64,000 bases of DNA from Legionellales bacterium (GCA_002722435.1 PBLX01000055.1:8485-72484); one strand, 5' to 3'. Counted from the first letter of the stretch, positions 20,701-30,834 are shown. Numbers and translations are program-made. The notes: generated by a model not told the origin, from the letters alone.

Positions 20701-22599
20701 TTGAATAGCACGTGCTTCCGTAAGCGCCACACGTGCATTGAGAGGATTAATATGTAAATCAATGATGCTGTAAACGCGTTTGACGTCATGGATATCAGAT
20801 AGCTGCACACTATTTTCTCGAACAACGGATAAACCGATATTCTCTAATATTGGTAGAATATCACTAAGTATGATTTCGGAGTTGACTTGGTATATCTTGA
20901 GTGACCAACTCGCTTGCGCCTGTTGGTAATGCTCAGGTGCTTTACTAAATTTGATGAGCATGTCAGCATCGTTTTGATCTTTCATTGCCTCAAGGTTTTT
21001 GACGTCATGAATGACCTCGATCCCTCGGTATTTTGATCGGTACTTGGAGCCAAAAAAGTCTCTATATGCCATCACGGTGTTGAAGTCGACGCCAGCTTTG
21101 TCGCTACGATATGCCATCATGACACTGTCCCACCATGGCGTTGCAATCGCGGTGATTTTCTCTTCGATGCTTCTGGCAACTGCTTCGGTTATCTTGATGT
21201 CAGGGTTGTAGTTGATGGTCAGATACATGCTAACCTGATCCACATCCGAAAAGTTGGACATCCAATCGACCACTTCGCTGGAGAAAACTTGTGTCACCAA
21301 TTTGCGAATTTTGGTGGCCACATAGTAATTATAATAATCTCTTGGCATCAGTATGGTCAGTGTGTAGAAGGAGCTGATGATATCACGGCGAATAATTGCC
21401 CTTGTTTCTCTGAGGCCTTTGACAGCGAGTTGAGCCAACGCATTCTTCTTTAGCTCACTAACCGTGCACTGAAATAGCTCATCTGTTGGTATATTTTTGA
21501 GAATGTGTGTGAGTGACTTATTTGAATAGCGCGATTTTATTTTCGCTTGACTAACGACATCATTGATCTTATCTCCAATCCAAGGGATCTTGCTTGGGTC
21601 TGCGTCATAGGCTTCGCTGCTAAGCAAACCAACAAAGCGGACTTCTCCTATGATGGCGCCTGCTTTATCTAACATCCTCAACACAAAAAGATCGGCATAG
21701 ACATCACGATGAATGCCACATTTCATAGTTGACTTGGTGATATAAAAAAGATTGTTCTCGACATTTTGACCCATGTTCGCAAGCTGCTTCTCTTGGTAGA
21801 CGCTCTGCTTGATCCCATCAAATCGTTTGCTCTTCATAACGCCTAGGGCATGTTTGCGATCGCGTTTGAGGCTGCGAGCATTCCCTTCACCAGACAGCGA
21901 GTAGCAACGTGCGCCAAGATAAGTGTAGTAACGGTGCATCCACTCCATGAAGTCGAGTACACTTTGGTACCTTTTTGCTTTCGTGCTGGACTTGCTGGCA
22001 TGCACCCATGTCTCGATCACTTCCATCATCAGCGCTTGCATATTTGGCCAATCGTCAACCGCAAAGCGCACATCTTTCAGTACAGCAATAAGCGCTTCCT
22101 CTAACTGATTTTTTTCTTCATCAGATATTTTGCTCAGACGGAAAATGGTCAGTAACTCTTTCTCTTGTGTGCTGTCAGGTGGCACCATGGAAACCAGTGC
22201 GCCCTTTGGGTCACGGGGTAACAGCAGCTCAGCCACGTTGTAGAACTTCATGATTGGAATGGCGCAGTCACTCACTGTGATACGAACGGTATCCACAATA
22301 AAAGGGAGATCGGTCATATTGAGGAGTAAAAACGTATAACTTCCATCCTCTGACTGGACATCATGGAAGGCAATGTTTGGTGACCCATTGTACTGCTGCA
22401 CAAGGCTCCATCCCCATGTGACGATGTTGTCGATGTGTTGTTCTTCGGTAGCGTCACTCGAACGGTTGAGGAGTGACTGGATAAGCTCGCGGGCAAACAA
22501 ACTGAACTGTGCCTTGTTATCAATACCTACTTTTTGTTGGATCCGATCGATGATGGACAGGATATAATCAATGGATGATTGTTTCGGCATATGTTTCAT
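17755..22599 (-). CDS. gdhB: NAD-specific glutamate dehydrogenase, large (about 180 kDa) GdhB type
   Basis: 1614 aa. The central catalytic region (VPDGAKGVYV, VVAADKGTATFSD, GGKHGYDHKKIGITAKG, VVGIGDMSGDVFGNG) and the overall size match the Bac_GDH family. Confidence 0.88.
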   Translation of the reverse strand: MKHMPKQSSIDYILSIIDRIQQKVGIDNKAQFSLFARELIQSLLNRSSDATEEQHIDNIVTWGWSLVQQYNGSPNIAFHDVQSEDGSYTFLLLNMTDLPFIVDTVRITVSDCAIPIMKFYNVAELLLPRDPKGALVSMVPPDSTQEKELLTIFRLSKISDEEKNQLEEALIAVLKDVRFAVDDWPNMQALMMEVIETWVHASKSSTKAKRYQSVLDFMEWMHRYYTYLGARCYSLSGEGNARSLKRDRKHALGVMKSKRFDGIKQSVYQEKQLANMGQNVENNLFYITKSTMKCGIHRDVYADLFVLRMLDKAGAIIGEVRFVGLLSSEAYDADPSKIPWIGDKINDVVSQAKIKSRYSNKSLTHILKNIPTDELFQCTVSELKKNALAQLAVKGLRETRAIIRRDIISSFYTLTILMPRDYYNYYVATKIRKLVTQVFSSEVVDWMSNFSDVDQVSMYLTINYNPDIKITEAVARSIEEKITAIATPWWDSVMMAYRSDKAGVDFNTVMAYRDFFGSKYRSKYRGIEVIHDVKNLEAMKDQNDADMLIKFSKAPEHYQQAQASWSLKIYQVNSEIILSDILPILENIGLSVVRENSVQLSDIHDVKRVYSIIDLHINPLNARVALTEARAIQVIACVKSVLGKSAQSDIVNLLLTTVDVSFESLIIIRALIYYAKQTNFMLSTEFMLQTVVKYPKLTALLVDIFQAKFGAVDNQSDIQTFIEKYEIELEQVDSINEDKVYRRLLNTIQATVRTNFFLPDQSALVLKIQPNLISDMPLPVPLVEAFVYSHRFAGTHLRMSLISRGGIRWSDRLEDYRTEVLGLMHAQQLKNAVIVPDGAKGVYVPKLLTEQMSKDEYYAEGQACYQLFVESILSICDNYTRGEVKRADGSKVYDDDDTYFVVAADKGTATFSDAANQIAYSRDYWLGDAFASGGKHGYDHKKIGITAKGAWQSVRWHFASLGINPDHDHFTVVGIGDMSGDVFGNGMLLSKHISLVAAFDHRHIFIDPHPDRKRSFQERKRLFKLSRSSWEDYNQNLISAGGGVYSRSEKYIHLTDTIQEFFGIEDKMITPSELIQCLLAADVDLIWNGGIGTYIRASTETNADVQDIANDGCRIDASQLRARVIAEGGNLGITQRARVEYALNGGLINTDFIDNVGGVACSDIEVNLKIGLSHLESEGEISSDGRNALLNALQPDVKTMILQSITKQNFSLSAAERQSATSLEIYIRYIKYLEKAGISNAAVDKLPAERELLARQTNGKTLVRSELAILYAHTKTLLVRELLKKSLVDDPYCLLYLYHAFPEEMAKKYSASLMQHALRREIIATEISDVCINDMGLTFIQQIYDETRCTPERAVKAYFISLEIFQLRPALNFIVEKMYEVDAVIALSLFGHIRQLLRDASWWLVQNVDLDSGDSIKTIADIFTVPVEIMCKSVAQYADEAQQEFIITQQRVLEQAGASEKVASSTMLAKHCGSLLNIVWSLKNTTGKIERFMHVYYWLGKHWHIDWLRVQVENYQVDTIWAQMGRSAALTNIDKCHRSLVNSIFTQLKAYRLSDIEHGLTKIMGRHQDAYDDWADSVTHMQAMPRLSYAVFSVGIMRLEKLSESLYADMVHTN

Positions 22600-22781
22600 G
22601 GTCGAGATCTCTGATTAACATAAATCAATTATGCCAATAGATCAAGTTTTACGACCTTTTCGGAACCTGCTCAAATCATCTATAACACACTAAAAAAAGA
22701 CATGTTTCACACCGATGCCGCTTGCATTATTATTTATTTAATATATAATTCATCTGTAATTAATAATAAGACGGAGTGACG

Positions 22782-23459
22782 GTGAGAATACTATTAATTG
22801 AAGACGATCAACTACTCGGCGACGCAATTCTTTCAGGGCTAAAGCAACACATGTATGCGGTTGACTGGCTTACTGATGGTGATAGTGCGCTACAAGCACT
22901 TAACCACCCAAATCAAAAACAAGCATTTGATGCCATTATTCTGGATCTCGGCCTGCCAAAACGATCTGGCCTAGACATCCTCAAAGCAATTCGCAAGCTC
23001 GGCAACACCACACCCGTGTTGATCCTGACTGCACGCAACAGCATCCAGGACAAAGTTAACGGACTTGATCTTGGTGCCGATGATTATTTGACTAAACCTT
23101 TCGATCTGTCAGAGCTATCAGCGCGCATACGCTCCATCACTCGACGTGGTGAATCACAGCAAGCACATGCAAAACTAAGCTTAGGTAAGATTGTGATTGA
23201 TCAATCAGCCCACAAAGTGTTTGTCAAAGACCAGAATGTTGCGTTTTCGCGACGTGAATTTGCTTTGCTGAGCAAACTGATTGAGCAGACAGGTAAGGTA
23301 GTGACTCGAGATGTCCTCTCGCAAGCGCTTTACGGCTGGGGTGATGACGTTGATAGCAACGCCATCGAAGTACACATTCACCACATTCGTAAAAAAGTCA
23401 CTGACGCCATTACTATCAAGACCATACGTGGTGTTGGCTACATAGCAGAAGATCAGTAA
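22782..23459 (+). CDS. OmpR-family response regulator (QseB/PmrA/BasR-like)
   Basis: MRILLIEDD, a receiver Asp in IILDLGLP, and a winged-helix C-terminus (IEVHIHHIRKK, TIRGVGY). I prefer the GTG at 22782, which has GGAG 5 nt upstream. The track starts at GTG 22776. Confidence 0.9.
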   Translation: MRILLIEDDQLLGDAILSGLKQHMYAVDWLTDGDSALQALNHPNQKQAFDAIILDLGLPKRSGLDILKAIRKLGNTTPVLILTARNSIQDKVNGLDLGADDYLTKPFDLSELSARIRSITRRGESQQAHAKLSLGKIVIDQSAHKVFVKDQNVAFSRREFALLSKLIEQTGKVVTRDVLSQALYGWGDDVDSNAIEVHIHHIRKKVTDAITIKTIRGVGYIAEDQ

Positions 23460-24880
23460 TGCGTTCCATTCGCCAGTTTTTGGTTGCTAACCTCCTTATT
23501 GGGGTCCTGTTTGCCACCAACCTGGCGATTCTCAGTAATCTGTACTTTGGTTATAAGACAATACGGCCACATCTAGATGCTCAGATGGTGATTATGGCGT
23601 ACAGTCTTGATGCATTCTTGCAAGACGAAGCCTACGCCACCAAGCATGCTTCTGGTGTCAACGCGCGAGTTGCCCATTTTTCGACTGCCATACAATCGTT
23701 TCCCTATGATGACCAGGCATACCTCGATGAGCTCCATCGATCGCTCGATAACATCCAGTTTAAGGTCTTTAACCATCGCGGCCAATTGCTTGCGAGCTCA
23801 CCCAACGCACCGAAGCTGAATCGTGCTGCGCCCATGGGTTTTGGCACAACGACCATACACCAAGAGAAATGGCGAACTTTCCAGCTTGTCACGAAGAAAA
23901 ATAGACGTATTGTCATTTATCACCCACACCATACCCGATTGTACATCGAAGAAAATGCCAATACCAAAGCCATTATTATTATTCTACTCACCATCCCTCC
24001 TCTAGGGCTATTTTTGTGGATTATCATTAGCCGTAGTTTAGTCAGTATTGGTCAAGCAAGCCGTGAGATCAAACAACGCGCCCACAATAACCTAAACCCT
24101 ATCTCCACCGATAATATCCCCGTCGAGATCAAACCATTGATTGCTGAGATCAATTCACTTTTTGATCGACTACATAGTAACTTTTTACGCGAGAGTCGAT
24201 TTGCTGCTGATGCAGCACATGAGTTAAAAACACCGTTGGCGGCATTGAAAACGCATGTACAGGTGGCTCAGTCCATGCGCACCGCCAAAGAAATCAAGAC
24301 CTGCCTTGATAAGATCAACCAAGGTGTTGATCGTGCCAACCATACCATTGATCAGCTTCTCACCCTGAGCCGTACCATGCCGGACGTGCATATGAATGCA
24401 CATACACTCGTTCCTCTTTCACAGGTCGTTAAACAAGTGATTGCTGAGCATGCACCGACTGCTCTGAAACGTGATATTGCGCTTTCGCTCAATGACCAGC
24501 TGCCTGAAGATGCTGTTATTTTTGGTCATGACATTGCGCTACAAACGTTGATGAACAATTTGCTGGACAATGCCATTCGATACAGTCCGGACCAAACTGA
24601 GATACATGTGAAGCTGATGGCTGATCATGACGAATATATTCTTGAAGTGGTTGACCAAGGACCAGGTATTCCGCAAGCACTTCGTGAACGCGTATTTGAA
24701 CGATTTTACCGCGTCATTGGCACCCAACAAACGGGGACTGGTCTTGGTCTTAATATCGTTCATCAAATCGTCGCTCTGCACAAAGGTAGGATCACGCTTG
24801 ACTCAGTAGATGGCGGCACTGGACTAAAAGTACGGGTGACGCTACCCAGACCACAAGATATTCACACGCATATTGATTAA
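23459..24880 (+). CDS. Sensor histidine kinase (HisKA/HATPase, QseC/PmrB-like)
   Basis: Two TM segments flank a periplasmic loop. H-box FAADAAHELKTPLA, N-box LLDNAIRYS, G-boxes DQGPGI and GTGLGLNIV. The start overlaps the regulator stop by 1 nt. Confidence 0.9.
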   Translation: MRSIRQFLVANLLIGVLFATNLAILSNLYFGYKTIRPHLDAQMVIMAYSLDAFLQDEAYATKHASGVNARVAHFSTAIQSFPYDDQAYLDELHRSLDNIQFKVFNHRGQLLASSPNAPKLNRAAPMGFGTTTIHQEKWRTFQLVTKKNRRIVIYHPHHTRLYIEENANTKAIIIILLTIPPLGLFLWIIISRSLVSIGQASREIKQRAHNNLNPISTDNIPVEIKPLIAEINSLFDRLHSNFLRESRFAADAAHELKTPLAALKTHVQVAQSMRTAKEIKTCLDKINQGVDRANHTIDQLLTLSRTMPDVHMNAHTLVPLSQVVKQVIAEHAPTALKRDIALSLNDQLPEDAVIFGHDIALQTLMNNLLDNAIRYSPDQTEIHVKLMADHDEYILEVVDQGPGIPQALRERVFERFYRVIGTQQTGTGLGLNIVHQIVALHKGRITLDSVDGGTGLKVRVTLPRPQDIHTHID

Positions 24881-24934
24881 TCGACGGCGGGATATCATGC
24901 TTGCCCGTCACGTCATCTTATATTTGCAGTTTCA

Positions 24935-27508
24935 TTGGGAACTAATTTTCACTACAATGGCTGCATGAATACCTGCCAATCATTCGACGCTTACTACCGA
25001 CCGATCGCACGACCAATAGCATTTGATGCGCTTGATGGTACATATCATGTGATCACGCCTAACACACAGCAATCTCAACTGCTCATGGACGCGATTGTTC
25101 AAAGCAGATCAGATACCTGTGCTTTGCCTAATGTCATCAGCTTCAATCAATGGCTTGAGCGCTGCTATCTTTTCTCTTCTGGTGATGGCTTAACCCCTAT
25201 CTCTGCTTATCAACAGTTACTCCACTGGCATCATGTGATTACTACCACCGCTCAATCGATGTCATCAACCCATCACTGGCAACTTGCGCAACAATACCAA
25301 AGTCAGTATCAGCAGGATGCGCGTCGTGGTGTTCCGAGCACCCTATCAGCCGATCCGCACTATCAACAGTGTTATCAAGCCTATCGTGATGAACTTGCGC
25401 ATCACGGATTGATTGACCATGTAACGCTGGCCAGAGATGCGCAAGATCTCATTTCAATCCCGGCTGATCTACGCATGGTGTTTTGTGGTTTTGATGCCTT
25501 AGCAATACCGCTCAAAAAAATCATTGAATCTGTCCCCGCAACGCAACTATTTTGCTTCTTGCCTAATGATCAGTCCACAACACCTACCATCAGCACGGTT
25601 GATCACGAACGGCAACAGCGCGACTATTTGATCGAATATTGCCAAGCACATCTTCGTGACCCGACGTCTGGATCGCTTGGCTTGATCGTTGCACAGTCTA
25701 GTGATGATCGTCGTTTGCTAGGCCCCATTCGTCAGCTTCTTCAACGACCACATGGCCACAGTGATGGGTGTCACATCAGCTCAGCAATTTCTTCAAGTCT
25801 AGCATCCCAGCCCATGGCACGGACCCTGATTGAACTGCTCGATTTTTTTGCAGAACCAAGCAATGCCCGCTGTATCAAGTTGCTGCAGTCGCCAGTATTG
25901 CAGCATCCAGATATTCCCTCCAGCGCCTACCACATGTTTTGTCAATCACTACAAGACATTGCCCTTTCACTCTGGCCAAGACATGCTCACTTTTCGCAGC
26001 ACGCCCCCGATCCCATTGATCGTATCGCATCTTATTGTCGCCACCTCATGACAGCAGTGCCGCAACCTTCTGGTACTTGGTTATTTTGGCAAACTTGGTT
26101 CAAAGACACGTTACAGTCGCTACTGAAGCACTATCGTGCCACGTCGTCTGACGCACATGATGTCCTTCGTCAATGCGTACAGGCAATTAGTGAGCAACCC
26201 TGCCCACCTTCTCTACCGCCATCGATTTCATATCAAGCATGGCTTGAAGCCACCAAACGGTACCTCGATCGTTGCCTCTATCGGCCGCGAGCATTGTCTC
26301 GCATACGGGTTCTTATTTGGTCGCAAGCACTGGACATACCTCATGACCAGCTCATTGTCCTTTCACATCATGCTGATCATTGGCCACCCCGCAGCAACGA
26401 GCAGGGCACGACAGACACTTCGTCTTTTTGGCAGCACATCCTCAGACAGCTCGCTCAACATTGTCGCCGTCTGCGTTTTATTCGTCTTGCATTTGATGAT
26501 CAGCAGCAGCCTCTGTTACCCGCTGCAGCAACCGCTCACTTACCTAATGAGCATATCCCTATCACTCATGCTTTGAGTGCTGACCAAGCTGAGCAGTGTG
26601 TACAGATGCCGGTTACTGCCTATGGCAAAGCGATTGCTGATGACGAGCGCTCGATCTCAACTTCGGTCATTGATGCTTACAGTCAATGTCATGCGCAGGG
26701 ATTTATCCAGCACCGACTCCATATCCGCCAACCGTTGTCCAATCAATACGGAATTACTTCGGCAGATATCGGCACGCTTGTTCATGAAGCGCTTGCTGCG
26801 GTCGATAATGTCTGTAGTGATCAACTTCCTGACCGGGAAGTTATTGACGATGCCATATCTGATCTCTTACAGCGTCATCGTTGTTGTCGTTATCTGACCG
26901 ACGGCCAACGAATGATCTTGCAGACACACATCACGCGCGTCTTGAATGAGTGGTTGGCATACCGCCTCGAGGCCCATCAATCTGATTCTATCACCCACTC
27001 ACAACATGAAGTGGCTCTAGAGCAGACCCTTTTTGGTGTGCAGTTTAATGTGCGTGTCGACCGCATTGATTACTATGCAGATGGTCAATGCCGTATTATC
27101 GATTATAAAACGGGCATGACCAATCGCGCCTCTTGGTTGCAAGACCCACCGCAATCACTACAAATGATCATCTATGCTCTGTGCTTTCCCAAAACCACTG
27201 CAATTGCTTTTGCCAGTCTTCATCCGGATCAATTTGGCTACTCGGGGTATGGCTCGGGTAATGATTTGCCTGGCATTAAGCCGTTGTCAGAGATTCTACT
27301 GAGTGACGATACGGATCATGAAAAAACCTATAACAGCTGGCCAATACAGCGTGCCCTGTGGGAGAAATCGATTGGTAGACTGGTGACCCATTATCGTGAC
27401 GGCGCCATGCATAAGAATCCAATCCAGGGCGTGACCACTTGTCAGTATTGTCAACTGCAGAGTGCGTGCCGACTCTACGAAACCCCTTCTACTGAGCGAT
27501 TGTCATGA
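24935..27508 (+). CDS. addB: AddB-like PD-(D/E)XK nuclease subunit of an AddAB-type helicase-nuclease
   Basis: 857 aa. The C-terminal RecB-type nuclease motif is VDRID...IIDYKTG. The terminal CQYCQLQSAC fits the CxxCxxxxxC Fe-S pattern of AddB. It is translationally coupled (ATGA) to the downstream UvrD-type helicase. The start is uncertain; an ATG at 24965 is possible. Confidence 0.7.
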   Translation: MGTNFHYNGCMNTCQSFDAYYRPIARPIAFDALDGTYHVITPNTQQSQLLMDAIVQSRSDTCALPNVISFNQWLERCYLFSSGDGLTPISAYQQLLHWHHVITTTAQSMSSTHHWQLAQQYQSQYQQDARRGVPSTLSADPHYQQCYQAYRDELAHHGLIDHVTLARDAQDLISIPADLRMVFCGFDALAIPLKKIIESVPATQLFCFLPNDQSTTPTISTVDHERQQRDYLIEYCQAHLRDPTSGSLGLIVAQSSDDRRLLGPIRQLLQRPHGHSDGCHISSAISSSLASQPMARTLIELLDFFAEPSNARCIKLLQSPVLQHPDIPSSAYHMFCQSLQDIALSLWPRHAHFSQHAPDPIDRIASYCRHLMTAVPQPSGTWLFWQTWFKDTLQSLLKHYRATSSDAHDVLRQCVQAISEQPCPPSLPPSISYQAWLEATKRYLDRCLYRPRALSRIRVLIWSQALDIPHDQLIVLSHHADHWPPRSNEQGTTDTSSFWQHILRQLAQHCRRLRFIRLAFDDQQQPLLPAAATAHLPNEHIPITHALSADQAEQCVQMPVTAYGKAIADDERSISTSVIDAYSQCHAQGFIQHRLHIRQPLSNQYGITSADIGTLVHEALAAVDNVCSDQLPDREVIDDAISDLLQRHRCCRYLTDGQRMILQTHITRVLNEWLAYRLEAHQSDSITHSQHEVALEQTLFGVQFNVRVDRIDYYADGQCRIIDYKTGMTNRASWLQDPPQSLQMIIYALCFPKTTAIAFASLHPDQFGYSGYGSGNDLPGIKPLSEILLSDDTDHEKTYNSWPIQRALWEKSIGRLVTHYRDGAMHKNPIQGVTTCQYCQLQSACRLYETPSTERLS

Positions 27509-30500
27509 CCCAGATACAACTCGACGACGACCAGCGTGCACGCGAATCGGCCCTTGATCCGCGATCCTCATACATTATACAAGCCCCTGCTGGCTCAGGA
27601 AAAACAGAGCTCTTAATTCAGCGCTTTCTTCGATTGCTTGTCACCGTCGAACAGTGCGATCAAGTACTTGCTGTGACCTTTACCAAAAAAGCATCTGGTG
27701 AAATGCGCGCACGCATCTGCCAAGCCTTGGAATCGGCATTACATCACCCAGAACCAGATAAGAAACATGCGCGTCTGACATGGTCATTGGCGCGTGATGT
27801 GATCGAGCACGGCACACAAATGGGCTGGCCGATGCAAGATTTATCAAAGCATCTCGCCATCATGACAATTGACGCCTGCTGCCAGCATTTTCTCAGCATG
27901 GCTGAGTTGCCATATCAACTGTATGCAGCCTACCAGCTACATCCCCAGCCTGATCTATTTTATCGAGAGGTTACCGCACACTTTATCCATCGTCATTGCA
28001 TCGCCAAGAAATCTCGACACTACCGTGATTTTCATGACCTATTGTTACATCAACACCACGATTATCGACAGGTAGAGCAATTGTTGGTCACGGCACTGGC
28101 TAATCGGGAAAAATGGATACGACTGACGTTAACGACGCGTACCGCTGACTTTGTGACTGATTTCTCTGAAGCTGTTGGCCATGTACAAGACACGCACTGT
28201 ATCACTTTATCATCACAGTTTAGTGATGCGCTGTGCTCACAAATAGAGCATATATTGTCTGGTCTCTCTGCGCTGAACCAATCTATTGGCCTGGCATCAG
28301 CCATTGATGATCTTGCCAATACAAGTCTCAGATCCTGGGATATTCACCAATGGCGACTTTTTATCCAGTTATTACAGACACAAAGTGGTCAATGGCGACG
28401 ACGTCTGAACCAACAAAATGGTCTTGCCAACCAGACCACGCTCAAAGCACTCGATTCTGCACAGCGGGACCGTTACGGCGCACTCAAATCTTCGTTGCTC
28501 GAGCTGATCGCCACACTACAAGCGCAATCAGAGCTTGCAATGCGATTGCAGGAAACCGCATACATACCTGTTGTTGACGATCCAGAACAAGAATGGGCTA
28601 GCTTGGCGCCTTTGTTGTCGCTATTGCCTTCGCTGGTTGCTTTTCTACACCTCAGTATGGACAGTGCTCAGACAACTGATTTCTCAGGCATCAACCTGCA
28701 GTTATCATCAGCACTGACGGATGACCACATAGGGCATTCGTTGGTGATGCGTATTTATCAACGCTTTCGGCATGTCTTGATCGATGAGTTTCAAGATACT
28801 TCAATCCAACAATTTGAGATCTTTCAGCGCGCTTTGTCCAGTTGGCAAGGTGAGCCTGAGCGAAGTATTTGTGTCGTTGGTGATCCGATGCAGAGTATTT
28901 ATCGATTCCGGCAAGCTGAGGTCAAGCTTTTCTATCAGGCACAGCGCGAGGGCTTTTGTGGTGTGCACCTGGAAAACTTATATCTACAGCGTAATTACCG
29001 CTCTGGCATCGATATTGTGAAAACGCTCAACACGATTTTTTCTGCAGTCATGACACCACATCTCAACCGCTTCTATCCCGCTCAAGCTGTTCGCGACATG
29101 GCGAATAGTGGTTGCTATTGGCATGAAGTTGATGCCGAACTGTCGCAAGCCCAGGTTATCTGTCAGCAAGTTCAGCAGCTGCAATCGACTCATCCAGATT
29201 TATCAAAATGTATTTTGGTGCGCTCCAGATCACAGCTACGCTATCTTTTACCTGCCCTAACCCGCAATCGCATTGCCTACAACGGGGTTGGATTGCATGC
29301 ATTAGGTCAATGCCAAGCGGTTCTTGATGTCTTTTCTGTGGCTTGCATGCTCATGGATTATTTTGACCGCTTGAGCTGGGTGAGTTTCTTAAATGCACCC
29401 TTTGTCGCCATGCCCATGGCTGATATTCAAATCTTGTGCCGTGACCGACATGCGGCCTTATGGGATAGCATGCAGCGATCTGAGCAACCGCTATCAAGTG
29501 ATGCTCAGCGTATTCTTCAACGCATTGTGCCACCACTACAAGACGCACTTGATGGTCTTGCTCATCAACCGTTGAGCGATTTGACGCAACGTCTATGGCA
29601 TCAACTTGGTGGTGATTTTACCTTGGCGACGACGATTGATTATGAACAGTGCTTGTTGTTCATTGACCGTATCCGTGAATTGGAAATGGCTGCTATTAAC
29701 ATAACACGAGAACATTTGCAGCAGTTATTATCCGCGTATCCAGAGACCAGTCAGCCGACAGCATCTAATGATCTGACCATCATGACGATTCATAAATCAA
29801 AGGGCTTAGAATTTGATGTGGTGATGATTCCTTATTTAGAACAATCTTCGCCCATCAGTGAAAAGCGCCTGCTTGATTGGACGCATATTGCCCATCAGTC
29901 GGCGCAGCACTTATTGCTACATACGCATCCGCGGCATCGACGGCAAACCACATCCGTACACCGTTATCTACGCTATGTTGACAAGCAAGGGCAGCTTGCT
30001 GAGATGGAGCGCTTGTTCTATGTTGGCTTTACGCGTGCAAAAACACAGCTACACTTGTTCAGCGCGCAAAAGTCATCCTACACCGAGCGATCGATTATGC
30101 GTCAATTGGCCCCTGCACTTTGTGCAAGCTTGCCTGAAGCACAGCAAATCAAACATCATCATGTGTCGACACACTCGTCGACATTGCGTCATCAATCGAC
30201 AACACCCATGCGTGCCGTTTTGGCTGCTGATTGGCTACACCCCTATGCTGATCGATGGCAAACACAACGCATGGATCCAGCCAAGCGCCACCATTTGCAA
30301 CCGCTCTTCACTGACGAGCCGATCATTACCCGCTGGGGCGAGCTTATTCATCTCTGTATGGAGTATTTGTTGGCAAGCGAGCGTAAACCCGAGATTACTG
30401 TTGCCAAAATCATTCAATTTGCGCATGCACTGCGAATTGATTTAACAACGACATCACATGGAATCACTCATATCCATCAGGCACTTGTACGCTGCATTGA

Positions 30501-30834
30501 CGATGCGCAATTCATCTGGCTTTGGCAACATCGTCACAGCGCAGTCGTGGAAGGTAGTGTTTTGCATGCGAGTACTGTGCGCCGTGCTGATTATACTTTG
30601 CTTGTTGATCGAAAGCGGTGGATTATTGATTTTAAGACGCACGATATGTTGACTTTCCTAGCAACCGGTCACGTGCGTACACCCACATCGATACAGCACG
30701 CTTATCGGGATCAGCTGATGGCCTACCAAGCGGCATATCAAGCCTTAGACCCGGACTTAGAAATTTGCTGCGCGCTGTACTACCCATTGACACAGTCTTT
30801 TCTGGTGCTCGAGCATGAGCCTGCACCGCTGTAG
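27505..30834 (+). CDS. addA: AddA-like UvrD/Rep-family helicase with a C-terminal RecB-type nuclease domain
   Basis: 1109 aa. Walker A is APAGSGKTELL. Also VLIDEFQDTS (motif II), GDPMQSIYRFR, QRNYRS, TIHKSKGLEFD and VGFTRAK. The C-terminal nuclease motif is WIIDFKT. Confidence 0.82.
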   Translation: MTQIQLDDDQRARESALDPRSSYIIQAPAGSGKTELLIQRFLRLLVTVEQCDQVLAVTFTKKASGEMRARICQALESALHHPEPDKKHARLTWSLARDVIEHGTQMGWPMQDLSKHLAIMTIDACCQHFLSMAELPYQLYAAYQLHPQPDLFYREVTAHFIHRHCIAKKSRHYRDFHDLLLHQHHDYRQVEQLLVTALANREKWIRLTLTTRTADFVTDFSEAVGHVQDTHCITLSSQFSDALCSQIEHILSGLSALNQSIGLASAIDDLANTSLRSWDIHQWRLFIQLLQTQSGQWRRRLNQQNGLANQTTLKALDSAQRDRYGALKSSLLELIATLQAQSELAMRLQETAYIPVVDDPEQEWASLAPLLSLLPSLVAFLHLSMDSAQTTDFSGINLQLSSALTDDHIGHSLVMRIYQRFRHVLIDEFQDTSIQQFEIFQRALSSWQGEPERSICVVGDPMQSIYRFRQAEVKLFYQAQREGFCGVHLENLYLQRNYRSGIDIVKTLNTIFSAVMTPHLNRFYPAQAVRDMANSGCYWHEVDAELSQAQVICQQVQQLQSTHPDLSKCILVRSRSQLRYLLPALTRNRIAYNGVGLHALGQCQAVLDVFSVACMLMDYFDRLSWVSFLNAPFVAMPMADIQILCRDRHAALWDSMQRSEQPLSSDAQRILQRIVPPLQDALDGLAHQPLSDLTQRLWHQLGGDFTLATTIDYEQCLLFIDRIRELEMAAINITREHLQQLLSAYPETSQPTASNDLTIMTIHKSKGLEFDVVMIPYLEQSSPISEKRLLDWTHIAHQSAQHLLLHTHPRHRRQTTSVHRYLRYVDKQGQLAEMERLFYVGFTRAKTQLHLFSAQKSSYTERSIMRQLAPALCASLPEAQQIKHHHVSTHSSTLRHQSTTPMRAVLAADWLHPYADRWQTQRMDPAKRHHLQPLFTDEPIITRWGELIHLCMEYLLASERKPEITVAKIIQFAHALRIDLTTTSHGITHIHQALVRCIDDAQFIWLWQHRHSAVVEGSVLHASTVRRADYTLLVDRKRWIIDFKTHDMLTFLATGHVRTPTSIQHAYRDQLMAYQAAYQALDPDLEICCALYYPLTQSFLVLEHEPAPL

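Noticed and set aside
26136-30445. Alternative-frame ORFs within addB and addA (26136-26576, 26577-26897 and 29858-30445, up to 195 aa).
   Set aside because: They are same-strand out-of-frame ORFs inside genes with clear helicase and nuclease motifs, and they have no independent signals.
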